Shown: positions 1 to 12,353, counted from the whole stretch's first letter. The stretch: 63,719 nucleotides of DNA, filler included, from Reticulomyxa filosa (GCA_000512085.1; 21 parts of 21 records of this genome joined end to end with filler, not necessarily neighbours in it); one strand, 5' to 3'. The notes: generated by a model not told the origin, from the letters alone. Numbers and translations: made by a program.

Positions 1-37
<37 letters not shown>

Positions 38-39
<2 letters not shown>

Positions 40-835
40 AATAAGTGAAGAATACATTGGCAAAGGAGTAGTTTTACAACATTCGACGCACATCTATCTT
101 CCATATGAACGATACTTGAATGAATCGTATGTGCACACGTACGCGTGGTTTGGACTGTGCACAGGACTAGGCTTGTCTACAATGGTGGATGGTGTGGCGG
201 CGGTGTGCATCATTGGATATTTGTACGGTGGATGGAAAAACCAGTTGGTGACCTTTGTGATTCGTAGCTTGATTGGGATCCCCTTTCAAGGTCTTCTGGG
301 TGTCTTATGGGGCATCAACTGGTGCGAACAAGTCACCAAAAATCATCATAATACTAAACACAATGGACATGCTCAGAAACATGTCCACTCAAATGCCAGA
401 GATGACGACGCTGAACACTTTGACGAAATATCAAAAGCTGGCTTTTGGCATAGATTCTTTGTCTGGATTAAATTAGGATGGAAGCAAGCGCTATTATTAT
501 CTATTTACTACATTATCGTTTCGTTTATGTACATTATTTATGTATACAGAATATATATATGTATATTATATTATACCTATGAGTAATTATATTAAATGAT
601 TAAAAACATACATACATATATTACATATTCACTTTTTGATGTTTGATTGTCTTCCTAGCAAAACCAGTTTTTGCTGCTACCGGATGCCACTGCCAACACA
701 CTTAGAGTCCTTGTGTGGTTAGGAATTTCGGCACTGTTTTTCATACTATTGTTCCTTTATGTGTATCGCAAGTTTAATGCAATTCTTGTCAGACAACAAT
801 TGCTTGCCGTTAGTGATGATGATATTGAGGAATAA
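38..835 (+). CDS. PrsW (peptidase M82)-like multi-pass membrane protein, 3' exons, catalytic motifs degenerate
   Basis: Frame from 38 reads GISEEYIGK...GLCTGLGLSTMVDG...VIRSLIGIPFQGLLGVLWG. This follows the PrsW motif order EExxK / GxGFxxxEN / RxxxxxPxH. An intron ends at TAG 658; the last exon QNQFLLLP...DDDIEE* ends at 835. Confidence 0.5.
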
Positions 836-2482
836 TGCATTCTCTAAATTTCAAGATATGTATGCGGTATTTTGTTTGTTTTTTTTATTATTTAGAAACA
901 AAAATTTCAGTTGTCTTGTTGTTTTTTGCTCTTTTTATGGTTGATTCCTTTCACTGTTCTTGGTAATACAAAAATTGTACCTAAAGGACGTTTTTCAGCA
1001 GAGATCTTTCTTGAATTTTTGTTGTCATTTTAAGTCAGGTTGCATTTTATACAAAAATTCTTTGGTTTATTACACGTAAAAAAACTCAATTTATAAATTT
1101 TTTTGTTTCTTCTTGCACGTTACATACTTTCTTAAAATAGAACAAATTAGTACTAAACAAATTATCATACGCATCAGGCCATGTAAAATGTATCTTTTTT
1201 TAAACAATGAAACTGCTTAACGAAATTGTAAAAACTTTCTGGATATCAAACTTTTTCGTTTCTACTGCGCACCCTCTAATGCGCTGCGCAAAAAAATATT
1301 CTGCTTATTATAGAAAGAACACGATTCGACAGATTGGTCTGCACTGAATTGTAGTATTTACAACTCGAGCATCGATTGTCACAAATACGCTCACTTTCAT
1401 TGACTGTAATGGGATAAGTTGTTATTGAACACTTGTTTAAAATGAATATAATAATACATAATTAAAGATCTTTTAAAAAAATTTGGACAAAATATAATTT
1501 TTGACTTAATTTTGTGTATATTTAAAAAATATAATTCAATTTTTATCAAATAATTTAATTCAACACGAAAAAATTTAAATATTAGAATAAAAATTACTAT
1601 AATTGCAAAACTATTATACATTTATTTGTTATGACAAAAAAAAAGTTTTAAATAATTGTATAAAAATAACTTTTTATTTATGATATATATTTATTTATTA
1701 AAATTTACGTTGATCTTTTTTAGTTGTATTACTAAAATTAATTTTTAAATATTAATTTTATATTAATAAAAAAATTAATTATATATATTAGTTCTTCATT
1801 GAACTAATATAACAGCTTTATTAACAAAAAATTATTTTTTTATTATGAACAAAAGTCACCGACAAATAAAGTTGTGATAGGAGCTAAAGCTAATGTGATG
1901 TAGCTGTAGTTTCTATAATGCTACATTCTAGATTATCATAATTTATTTAATTTTTTATTTTTATTTTTTTATTTTTTTATTTTTTCAAAATTAAAAAAAT
2001 AAAAAATTTTTCTTTGAAATTTTTGATAGTTATTATAATGATTATTATGATTGTAAGTATAATAATGATAATAAAAAATTTTTTAAATTTTAAATGAAAA
2101 TTTAATTTTAAGATTAATTGAAGATGAAAATAATTAATAAGTTAAAGAAACTAAAGTAATCAAAAACAATTACAATACAACAAAGAAAACAGCAAAACAA
2201 TGTAAACTTTCAGTATATTCAATTTTATTACAATAATAAAATTTTTCCATATTAATAGTTGCTGGTAATATTACTTAGAATTTGTATGGATGTGTTTTAC
2301 TACAAAAGCAGGAAGAACAAGACTACTAATGCACATGATTAGAAAAAAATAAGTTTACATATTTACTTCAGAAACTAATTTGTTGGAAAAAAAAAAAAAT
2401 CGATAATTTTTTTAATTTATTAACAGATCTGAATTATTTTTTGTTTGGATAGATGTCGTCAGAAAGAGAGTTTATGTCAATA

Positions 2483-2930
2483 TCAAAAATAGTTACACCT
2501 CGCCTGACGACATCCAATTGCTTTGTAGTGCAATGTGAAATAGCAACATTCATAACAATACAATGATTTTGAGTTTATGTATTGGCTTCCTGTCACGCTG
2601 TAAGGGTTTGTAAAGTTGAAGTGATTGCATTCATCCGAAATGTTATAAATTATGTCATCTTCACCTGTCCCACCAAGGCGCAAGAAAGACGGCCCAAGCG
2701 CTTTTGCAAGTCTTACAAAGTTGGGATTTGTCAGATCTATTATCAGTATCCCGAATCTCCCCAATACTCGCTAGTCTGGTGTGTTCAACTTGGACTGGTG
2801 GTGTTCAACTTGGACTGGTGGCACCCAAGCCAGCACTTAAGTTGAGCAATACATTGTTCGGATTGAAGACCACGGTAAAATTCACTGTGATGAGATACAG
2901 AAATCCAATGAAAAGAGGATGGCCAAACTT
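2483..2930 (-). pseudogene. Heparanase-like glycoside hydrolase family 79, disrupted and truncated
   Basis: IDLTNPNFVRLAKALGPSFLRLGGTGEDDIIY is the GH79 LRxGGT motif. There is a frameshift after EYWGDSG, an internal inversion/duplication at about 2778-2826, and an early stop at 2483. Confidence 0.75.
2781..2820 (+). repeat. Perfect 20-bp tandem duplication GTGTTCAACTTGGACTGGTG x2
   Basis: Read directly: 2781-2800 is identical to 2801-2820. Confidence 0.97.
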
Positions 2931-3688
2931 AAAACTACTTTCTTACCTTGCACTACCTCTTTTTTTTCCCCGTCAAAGTATTTCCAAAACTATACCGGAT
3001 TGTCGTTCAAAAAACAAACAATTTTAAACATTAAGGCCTTTAAATAATTTATTTTGTGCATTTTACCAAGTTATTCTTGTATTTTGTGTATTAAAAAACT
3101 CGTTAAAGGAAATTTCCAAGCAACAAAAAAACGAAAAAAAAGGCCTGGCAGAGAATTTCTCTAAAACTTTTTTATTTACTTTTCTTCAGATCTTGTAATT
3201 ATTAATAACTTTTATTTTTCGCTGAAATTCGCTCAAAAGAGTAAAGCTTTCGTATTACACTTTTGCCGGCTCACCCAATCTCTAATTTGAAGTTGGTTGC
3301 GAATATAAACTAAAATATGTAACTGCCAAAATTGTACATTTCACGAAAACTAGTGAACAACGAGTAAAGCTATAATTGAAAGTGTTTTAAAATTGATGAT
3401 TTTAAGTATATGGACTATTCACAAATAGCTCAATAAAAGATATTTGTATGTACTTGTTAGCGGATGAATGTAAAACAATAAGACAAATTCTAGTAGGTAG
3501 TACAACCTGTCTGTACTGCAGCACCTGGTATAAAAAATATAATAAAAGCAAAACTGAAACATGCTTCGTGTGGCAAATATCAACAGTACCAACAATGATA
3601 AAGGTGATCAAACATCTCGACCGTTGTTAAAATCCTGACGACAAAAACTTTAGGAGAGGAAAGGAGTGGCAACGATGATGGGAAGAAA

Positions 3689-4120
3689 GTGCAAACGCCG
3701 GCTCAAGAGAACGAAGATGTATGTGAACAAACAACGAACGAGTCAGCAACAAAAAAACAAGAGATGGAAGAAGGATGGTATTTGGTAAGCAAAAGTGGGA
3801 CGGCGAGTGGGCCAATGAAGATGAGTGAATTGGAGACACTGTATAAAAGTGGGGAGTTGAAAGACGAGCACTATGTGTGGCATAATAAGAGAGCAGCAAA
3901 TTGGACCATTTTAAGCACAATCCCAGACGTGTGGAATCATTTAAAGAGCTGCAAAGAGAGCGAGTTAAATGAAACAAAAAAGCCAAAGGGGATAAACAAA
4001 ATCAGTGATCCCCTGTCTCAACAATCCACAAGCAAAGATCAAGTCAATGCAACCAGTAAAATGGACACAATGAAAACAAGTGTTATCAATAGTAATACTA
4101 GTAATAATAATAATAATAAT
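3689..4120 (+). CDS. GYF_2 (DUF4339) domain protein, partial
   Basis: WYLVSKSGTASGPMKMSELETLYKSGELKDEHYVWHNKRAANWTIL matches the GYF_2 pattern WY..GP...L......G.....VW.....W. Runs off the contig end; start uncertain. Confidence 0.75.
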
Positions 4121-4220
4121 NNNNNNNNNNNNNNNNNNNNNNNNNNNNNNNNNNNNNNNNNNNNTTAATTAATTAANNNNNNNNNNNNNNNNNNNNNNNN
4201 NNNNNNNNNNNNNNNNNNNN
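4121..4220. other. Artificial contig-joining linker (N44-TTAATTAATTAA-N44), first of 20
   Basis: Identical 100-nt spacer with stops in all six frames. It recurs at starts 8418, 9883, 16333, 19023, 21340, 22992, 24986, 29250, 31850, 34839, 36771, 38436, 42913, 44430, 46168, 53636, 59950, 61335 and 62620. Confidence 0.99.
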
Positions 4221-4451
4221 AAGTGCAAATGATACGCATTATCGCAGAATTTTCAAAAATCATTGAAAGAATATTGATTTCATCCAACAAAAAAAAAAGT
4301 TATTAAAAAATCAATATCATATTTAAAAACTACAAAACTTGTATATATTTTTTTTTAAAAAAATTAGGTCTAAATGTTGATTTTTCATTGAGAAAATCAA
4401 TTATCATCATAAGATATGTTTTATGCGTTCAGTTTTCTTTGCAACCTACTG
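4221..4451 (-). mobile_element. Tc1/mariner-type DNA transposon terminus, copy 1
   Basis: Minus strand reads TA|CAGTAGGTTGCAAAGAAAACTGAACGCATAAAAC... It is near-identical over about 160 bp to 44271-44429, and similarity ends at a TA. Confidence 0.75.
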
Positions 4452-4453
4452 TA

Positions 4454-4980
4454 GTTGACTTTACACAAACAGCTGTTTCTTCATTATTGAAAGTTTTTTT
4501 CATGTGCAATTGTATACTTGTGATTTGAATGTAATTGTTACATTTTAAGCTATATCGTACATGGAGCGCCAAATTACGTGATGAAGACAAAATTTCTTTC
4601 CTGCTTCTGTTGTCGCAGTAAAACTTATTGTAACATTGACAACAAGCAACATGATTGAAACTCTCATTGAGTACTTGAAATTTAACATACATGTTGAAAT
4701 GCACATGCTAAAGCATAATACTTCCAAAAGTTTATTTTTATTTATTGTTTCAATCTTTTGGCAAGCAGGTATATGTGCAAACAAATGAAGAACTTTTGAT
4801 ACGTTGCAACTCCAAATGTTAAGACAGTAACACTTGCACACAATGTGTATATATGTTATTGAACATTGTGTAAAAACTTGACTTTCTCAACATCAATACA
4901 TTGTAAATAGATAACATTTAATGTAAATATACAATCTTCAAATGTTTTAGTGCATTTCATTTTTTCTACAATTTACAAAC
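4454..4980 (-). pseudogene. Degraded Cys/His-rich (RING-like) gene fragment next to the transposon end
   Basis: Fragments CKCYC and NHVACCQCYNKFYCDNRSRKEIL lie in different frames. There is weak similarity to the contig at 8518-9882. Confidence 0.3.
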
Positions 4981-5586
4981 ATTAATTAATACTTTGCTTA
5001 TTGATTTTTTTTGAATTGTTTGTTTTTTCTTTGCAAATTCGGTTTTTTGTTGCGTTTTTTTAAATTTATTTATGAAATTTTATTTTTTATTGTTTTTACG
5101 CGCAATTTTTTTTTGTTTTTTGCGTTAGTAATTTTAATTAAAAAATATTTGAAAAGCAACAAAGATATCATTATTTATTTTAAATTAAAAGCTTGTTTGT
5201 TTTTTTTGCGCATCAGACTATGTTAAACTATAAGTATTTAATAAATGTAAAAAAGAATAATATTGATTTTATAATTGAAAACTATGATGACTTAATTAAA
5301 ATAATTGCATCTCTTTGAATTCTGATGTTTCAAAAAGCCTAGAAAACTCTAAAATCTAAAAGTAATAAAAAAATAAAACAATGACACTGGCAAAGTCATG
5401 CAAATAAAGAATACATCAATATAAAGATGTAATTGTCAAGAGTCATCACAAGTCAAAATGTTAAAAATAAAAAAAAAGTATAGCAATCACGATAAACTGA
5501 AACAATGTAACAACAAAAGAATAAAACAAATAGCAAAAAAAAGTTAAAACCTTTCAAAAATTCAAAAAAAAGGAAGTTGAAGTGAA

Positions 5587-6252
5587 ATGTATGCTTTTCG
5601 ACGAATAATATTATCTGTAGAAACTCGTGCCTGTCATGTTCCTAGAAAACCTCCGTTGCAAATGCCTGCCTTATTTTCAACGCAAACAAAAGTAAGTAAA
5701 CCCAAAGAACCAGAGAAAATAAACACAAACGAAAAATTGGCAAACAATATGGAATTGGTGTATACGGGAAAAAATGCGTTACCTTTGAAAATATTGAGCC
5801 TTTCTGGCTGTACAGTATCAATAATATTTGGAGTGATAATGATACTAAACCCGACCAATGTTGCAGCTTTGGCTGCGATGCGTCAAACGTCAAGAGCTTT
5901 CATTGGGGCTCTTGTCATGTCATTTGGCATAAGTACGTCTGTGGTATTGCACATGTTTTGTAGAAACATTATAACAAAGTTGTATTATAATAAAACCAGT
6001 GGCGATATTCAATTGGAAGTGGTCAATTTGTGGCTTAGGACAACAACGTATCATTCAACGATAAATGAGTTGAAGAAAATTCCATCAACTTCTCCTTCAG
6101 TTTTTGTCAATGTGCAATGTCACAAAAACCAAAAGAAGTTTTGGTTGGATCCCACAATCATTCCCAATGATCTTTGTGAAAAGATCTTTGATGAATCCAA
6201 TACTAAGACACAGGCACTGGACAAAGAACAAAGAGATGATTTTGACTTGTGA
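5587..6252 (+). CDS. TMEM70: TMEM70-family mitochondrial membrane protein (ATP synthase assembly)
   Basis: Intronless 221-aa ORF with an Arg-rich presequence-like N-terminus, LVYTG, two transmembrane segments, then LHMFCRNIITKLYY...NLWL...FVN...KFWLDP, as in the TMEM70/186/223 family. Confidence 0.7.
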   Translation: MYAFRRIILSVETRACHVPRKPPLQMPALFSTQTKVSKPKEPEKINTNEKLANNMELVYTGKNALPLKILSLSGCTVSIIFGVIMILNPTNVAALAAMRQTSRAFIGALVMSFGISTSVVLHMFCRNIITKLYYNKTSGDIQLEVVNLWLRTTTYHSTINELKKIPSTSPSVFVNVQCHKNQKKFWLDPTIIPNDLCEKIFDESNTKTQALDKEQRDDFDL

Positions 6253-6806
6253 AAACCTCACTCAACTAAACTAAAAACTTGAAACTAAACAAAAAGATTA
6301 CAATGATGTTTACTCACTTTTTTTTTGGGTCAATTATTTGATCATATTATATCTTATCTGTTCTCTTCAATTAGGATAAGGGATTTTCACAAATCTATCT
6401 CTGTATAAAAGTGAGAGATCACTTTGCAATGCTAAGTGTTTCGTATCTGCTAAAACTTTCCAGAAAAAAGTTGGCAGCTTACTCAGTAACCTTTTTTTTT
6501 GAACCAATCAAAAGTAAAAGGTTCCAGTCAAATAATTTAAAATATTTGGCAATAAGTCAAACAAAAATCAAGAAAGTTAATTGAAAATTTTTTGTACTGT
6601 TTGTTTCTATCAAAAGAAACAAACCAAGTGAGAAAAGAAATATAAGGAAAAATGATAAAAACTTAAAAGACAAAAAAAGAAATGGTGATGGATAATAACA
6701 ATAATTGTTCAAAAATCACACACACGCTTATGAACACCATTTGTCTTACGGTTTGTTTTGTGGGATGATTTTTCGTGAACTCGGGTATTAAAAAAAAAAG
6801 GGAAGA

Positions 6807-8390
6807 TCAAAGAAATTGGCTTTTGATGATGTCAGTGTTAAGTGATTCAGTGAACTGGAGCAAAACTTTTTCATTGTCATTTTGAGTTTGAAGCATGCGA
6901 GACTCGATCGCATGCAGCATGACGTATAACTTGGAGAAATTCTCCTTGATCAAATTCAAATACTCTTTCAGCTCTGTTCCAGAGGGCCACCAGATCTGCC
7001 GCATCGGTGTGATGACACTTCGTAATTGTTCTGCAATGTCCACATGTTCAGTGCACAGATGCGCACACACGATAATCCACAGTTTCACGCAATAATTGGC
7101 ACATGCGTCCAAATTGTAGTAGCTCCATGGCTATACAATAAATAAATAAAAACAGAGCAAGATTGGATGCATCGACTGAAAGTTGTAAGTTGAAACAAAG
7201 AGTAAGAAAAAAGTTCGAAACTACACCTGAGCGCATCCATAGCAAACCAAATGAAAAGATTCAACAGAGCTGACATGAGTTTTCGAATTGACCCGATCAC
7301 GATTGACAAGTTCAACAAACATATCAGGAAACGGATTGAACATCCCATACCGTTTGACAATCAGCGACGAAACCCCGTCTTTCGACATGTACTCATTCAC
7401 ATTGGAAACTAGTGCCTCATACACGTCCTTTCTTGGTTTTATCAGCATCGCACAAGGCCTTTTGTTACATGTGTCATTGCACATATATGTACACATACGT
7501 ATATATATATATGCATATACATTCTAAACAAAACAAAGCAAAAAAAAAATAACTGTATTTTTTGCGCTTGAGAAGTCGAAGAGGATGAGGTGACAGTGCA
7601 AGGGATATCTTTGTGTTTCAACACAAAGGTATCCAAATTCTTGAGAACGATTGTGTGAGGCTCAATAAACATAACCTTATTTTTTTCCCCCATCCAAATG
7701 CAATGCACATGCAATTTATACATTCATGAGTTCAACCATAACCAAAAAAAAAAAAAAAAAAAAGAGAAAGAAACTCGAGACGCGGACAAAATGCCAAAGG
7801 CAAACAATTTGACGAAGCACGCCGAGAAAAGCTGTTCGTCCAAAGAAATGGGTATGATTTGATCGTAGAAGAGACTGAGCAAATGGAACTCGGGCTTCAA
7901 CGTGGTGGTACCGGGTTTGATAGCGGAAAAGGGGACCACGCAAATTTTGGGCAATTGGCATTGACATTTGGTCAAGCAAAAGCTGAGCACTAATGCGCCC
8001 AGGTAGGTCTCGGGGATGCTCGGGAGCATGTACGAAGCATAGACACCGGCATGTGCGGCAGACTTGTCCAAGTTGGTCGTTGTCGTCGATGTTGTTGCTG
8101 TCGCTGTCGTTATCGCGTTGCCGTTGGCACCGTCGCAGTCGACGATGACGCTTGTTTACGTTGGCTCGTTTTTGCAAGGCTTGTGCGATAGACTCGAGTG
8201 TGGTCGCAAGTAAGTTGCCAAAGTTGCCTTCATTGATACACTGGCGTATACCGCTAATTCCCCCCACTTTGTCATTCGTCAGTAAAATCTTGCACACGCG
8301 AGATGCAATATTCATTTCTGGGCTCTGCATTTTTATCATCTCACTCAATGTGCGATAATACTCGGAATGTTTTTCCAATGCCTTTTGAAA
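6807..8390 (-). CDS. Multi-exon hypothetical protein, 5' end truncated
   Basis: Successive GC-richer ORF blocks (about 8378-7780, 7723-7565, 7460-7225, 7130-6807) separated by AT-rich GT-AG introns. One apparent frameshift near 8150. No family recognised. Confidence 0.55.
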
Positions 8391-8699
8391 AACAATAATA
8401 ATAATAATAATAATAATNNNNNNNNNNNNNNNNNNNNNNNNNNNNNNNNNNNNNNNNNNNNTTAATTAATTAANNNNNNNNNNNNNNNNNNNNNNNNNNN
8501 NNNNNNNNNNNNNNNNNTAAAAAAAAATTGAAATACATTTACTTAAAACATACATGTCACTGTAAGCATTATAACAATGAAAAAAATTAAATTCAGCTTT
8601 ATTATTTTTTTATTTATCAAAATTTTACAGTTTGACATATACTTATTCACAAAAAACTTGAAAAAGCATTTGCCTAAAAAAAACTTGATATTTTAATTA

Positions 8700-9560
8700 A
8701 AATTAAAAAATAAAATACATTTTGAAACACTTGAAGATTATAATTTTTTTAACAAAAAAAATGTTTATTTTCAAATCATATTCATAATGTATTTTTCTTG
8801 TACGTAATAAATGATACAATTTGTTACTATGATTCGAATATACGTCAAATACGATGTGTAAAATGTTATCTTGACAATGTAATATTTGACAAACTATACT
8901 TATTCCAGTGAAAATATGTAAATGTGAAAATCAGTTTAATCACAAGTATTTACTACAATCATTGACTATACAAAATATCTTGTGCAAGTCCAATTGAAAA
9001 TGTTAATTTCAATGTCATTGTGAAAGCAATTACATACACATAATTGCAAATTGTTGTATATATTTATACTTGTACAATGTAATTTGAATGATATTACGCA
9101 ATTCATTAGTTTCTTCATTCCACACATAATGTATTTAATACAAGTTGTATTAAAATAATTTATTTCAAGTAATATTTGTCTATTTATCGCAATACAGTTT
9201 GATATTCATTTACATATAAAAGCATAAAGTGCTATTTATGTCCAATCGCAATTCTACATTTAACGCAATACAAATTAAATATTAGCTTTTCACGCATTAT
9301 TAAATATAATGATTGAATAACTTTATGTAAATAAAAACATTGCGTAGTGCCACGTTGTACTAAAGCATTACAACTTGTTGACTTATTCCAACAAACATGT
9401 CGTCACTACATTCTCAACGTAGTTTAGTCATGTGTGTGCCAATAAATCTATTGATGCATCATAATATATCCTTTGTAGTGTTTTTTTTTTAAAAGTCCCT
9501 ATTTGCAAGCCTTACAAAAAAATCTCTTCATTAATGGATAACATCTTTAATGTCATTGTG
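8700..9560 (+). pseudogene. Highly degraded Cys-rich family remnant
   Basis: No ORF. Scattered CxxC-type codon remnants and a segment (about 8710-8740) similar to the reverse complement of about 4930-4965. Confidence 0.2.
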
Positions 9561-10226
9561 TATGTGGTGTGTTGATAAATATCTAAATATTATGTTTATC
9601 CAGACTGGTTCCAATTTGATTACCCTTACTTAGTAATATTGCATTTTTATTTCCGCAGTACATTTGACAATATTACATTGCTTATCATTTATCTACAACT
9701 ATCTCAGCTCGACACAAATGAGTTTTGAGGTAAAGCCAGTAAAACGCCAAAAAATCCTCGGAATTGTCATAAAAAGTGACTAATGGCTTTAATCACTCGC
9801 CGCACTGATGGAACCTCAGAACAAAAAATATTGACATTTGAAAAAGATTTGCGGGTGAATTTGTCTCGATTTTTCTTGTTGTNNNNNNNNNNNNNNNNNN
9901 NNNNNNNNNNNNNNNNNNNNNNNNNNTTAATTAATTAANNNNNNNNNNNNNNNNNNNNNNNNNNNNNNNNNNNNNNNNNNNNTTTTTTTTTTTCCTCCCC
10001 TTTAATTGTCAAACTTGGAATTCTTTTTTTGAAACAGGCCGATGAACCGTCCATAATTATGGCATTGAAAGAAAAACGAGAAAAGCACGTCAAAAAACTG
10101 ATAAAACCAAGCAACTTGAAGAAAAGAGGACTCGTATGTTTTTATTATTTTGACAACCACACCGTGTTCATACATAATAATGATAAGAATATTTAACAAC
10201 TTTGCGTTTGAATAAATGTGTTAAAG

Positions 10227-12353
10227 GGTGGTATGACCCCATTGCATGTTGCGACCATAATGAATGCAGGCAAGCTGTTGAAGCGAATGCTTAAAGTTGG
10301 CCCTGGTCTTGTCAACATTTTGGACCGAAGAGTTAAGTGCAATACTTAAAAAAAAAAAAAAGGAAAAACAAATTAATTTGTTTTTCCTTGTTTGTTACAT
10401 TGGATAGAATAAACAAACTCCTTTGATGGTGGGCATTGAATATGGAGCGTTGGAGGCTGTAAAGATTCTGTTAGAACATCCTGCATGTAATGTCAACCTT
10501 CCTTCCAAAGTTGGCGTATTATGTACATGCAAAAGTCCAATGAAAAAGATTAGCGGCCAAGCTATGTACGGACAAGATGCAGGTAACACATTTGCAATAT
10601 ATATACATATATGTATATATTTTTAATAGATTGAGACAATCAAAGGCAATAACACAAACTTGAAATAAATTATATCCGAATTTTTTCTTGTTCTTTGTAC
10701 AATAGAATGTGACGCGTGCGGACGAAAGATTAGTGGCAAGGAAAAGAGATACCATTGCACAGTTCCTGATGCCAACGATCAGGGGGATGGAGATGAAGAA
10801 GAGGAAGAAGAGGAAGAGGAAGAAAATGGCGACGAACAAGGAGACGGTCAAGAAAACAATGAAGAGGCCGCTGGAGATGAGAATGGCGATGGCGATGGTG
10901 ATGGAGATGGGGACGGTGTTGAGGACGGTGTTGAGGACGGTGATGCAGATGGAGACGGAAATGAAGACGGTGGTGACGGTGATGAAAACGGAAATGAAGA
11001 GGCCAATGGCGATGCAACAGCGAACCAAGGCGATGAAGAAACTGAAGAAGCGGGAGATGCTACTGACGATGAGGAAGATGAAGGTGATTATGATGACTAT
11101 GATTCAGGTGATGATTATGAATCAGAAGAAAGTGCTGAAGAAGAAAAAGTATCCAAAGATGAACACTTGTTCGATTACGATATGTGTATAAAAGTTAATT
11201 TGTATACTTTTCTTGGTTTTGCTTAGTATTAATATATTTTATTTTCAAAATAAGCTTGGTTTTAATTGGTTGTCATGAATGGTGTGTGTGTGTTGGGATG
11301 GAATACGATAGTGCGCCCAAACGAAATTTCCTGTTAAGCTTTTTTTGTTTTTGAAAAAAATACATACAAATATCACTGAGCTTTTATATATTCATTTACG
11401 TAATGATGTGATATGTAAAATTATAGCAAGGAGCACCTCCATTGTTGTTGGCCATTCGTCGTGGAGATTTAAGCATTTTTGATGCTCTGTTGGCCTCAGG
11501 ACGAGTAAATTTCTCATTGGTTTCCGATGACAAGAGATCTTGCATTTACGAGTGTATCAATTGCGAACGACATGACTTTTTGGCCAAACTATTAACTGAA
11601 TACAAAGACAAAACCTATCCGCTGTTGAACTTGGGTGATGATGAAAAAATTACTCCTGCTTATTGTGCTGTGCTGAACAATGATGTGAAATCATGTTTCG
11701 TACAAAATTGTGCTTTTTTTTTTATCAATCAATAGACACTGCAACAAACCGTTTTTGTTAACTGTTTAAACTACATCTGTGTGATCACAGTGGAACTATT
11801 AATGAAAACTGGTGTTGATTTGAACTTGGGAAAATGCCACACGGTCAATGAAGAATTAGATCCATTGCTTTTGTTGGCATGTCGAGAAAGTTATGAAGAA
11901 ATTGTGTCCTTGTTGATTAGTAGTAAGCAATGTGATATCAATGAATCCAACAAGCAGAGACCAGAACAAACTTGTTTATTTTATGCAATTAAAAATCAGT
12001 CATTAAATATTGTTAAATTGTTAATTGCCAACGGAGCCAACACTGCTGGATTGTTGCCTCAAAATAAAACTGATGAATTGGTACATTGTTTGTGTTTTCT
12101 ATGCGAATGCAAAATGACCAAAGCAAAAATTGCAGAATTAGAAGGTGGTGAGGACGATGAAGAAGATGACAGTTTGGACTGTGATTTTTGCCGAAAACGC
12201 ATTAACACTGAAAAAAATAAGGATGGGTGGATGTACCATTGCACAACGGACAAGCATAAATATGCTTATTATGCATGTGTTAGTTGTGCAGAAAGCAAGA
12301 GTGTGGTGCAACCTGCCTTTGTCCAAAAATTGAAAGAGGCCAAGATTATCTAA
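10227..12353 (+). CDS. Ankyrin-repeat protein with two ZZ/C1-like Cys/His zinc fingers and a long acidic insert (multi-exon)
   Basis: Ankyrin motifs GMTPLHVA, QTPLMVG, PPLLLAIRRG, TPAYCA, PLLLLAC, QTCLFYA. Fingers: CDACGRKI..RYHC...HLFDYDMCIKCA and CDFCRKRI...MYHC...YYACVSCA. A 21-nt micro-exon lies at 11312-11332. Confidence 0.85.

Noticed and set aside
1400-2460. Extremely AT-rich stretch as organellar DNA
   Set aside because: No recognisable mitochondrial gene, rRNA or tRNA. Consistent with intergenic DNA.
2781-2820. Direct repeat as a CRISPR array
   Set aside because: Only two abutting units, no spacers and no cas genes.
4165-4176. Regularly recurring TTAATTAATTAA palindrome flanked by N runs, and ORFs ending in XXXLIN
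   Set aside because: Artificial six-frame-stop contig linker, not a biological repeat or CRISPR.
10519-11191. Met/Lys-rich and His-rich ORFs in the ORF track
   Set aside because: Shadow frames of the acidic exon of the ankyrin gene.
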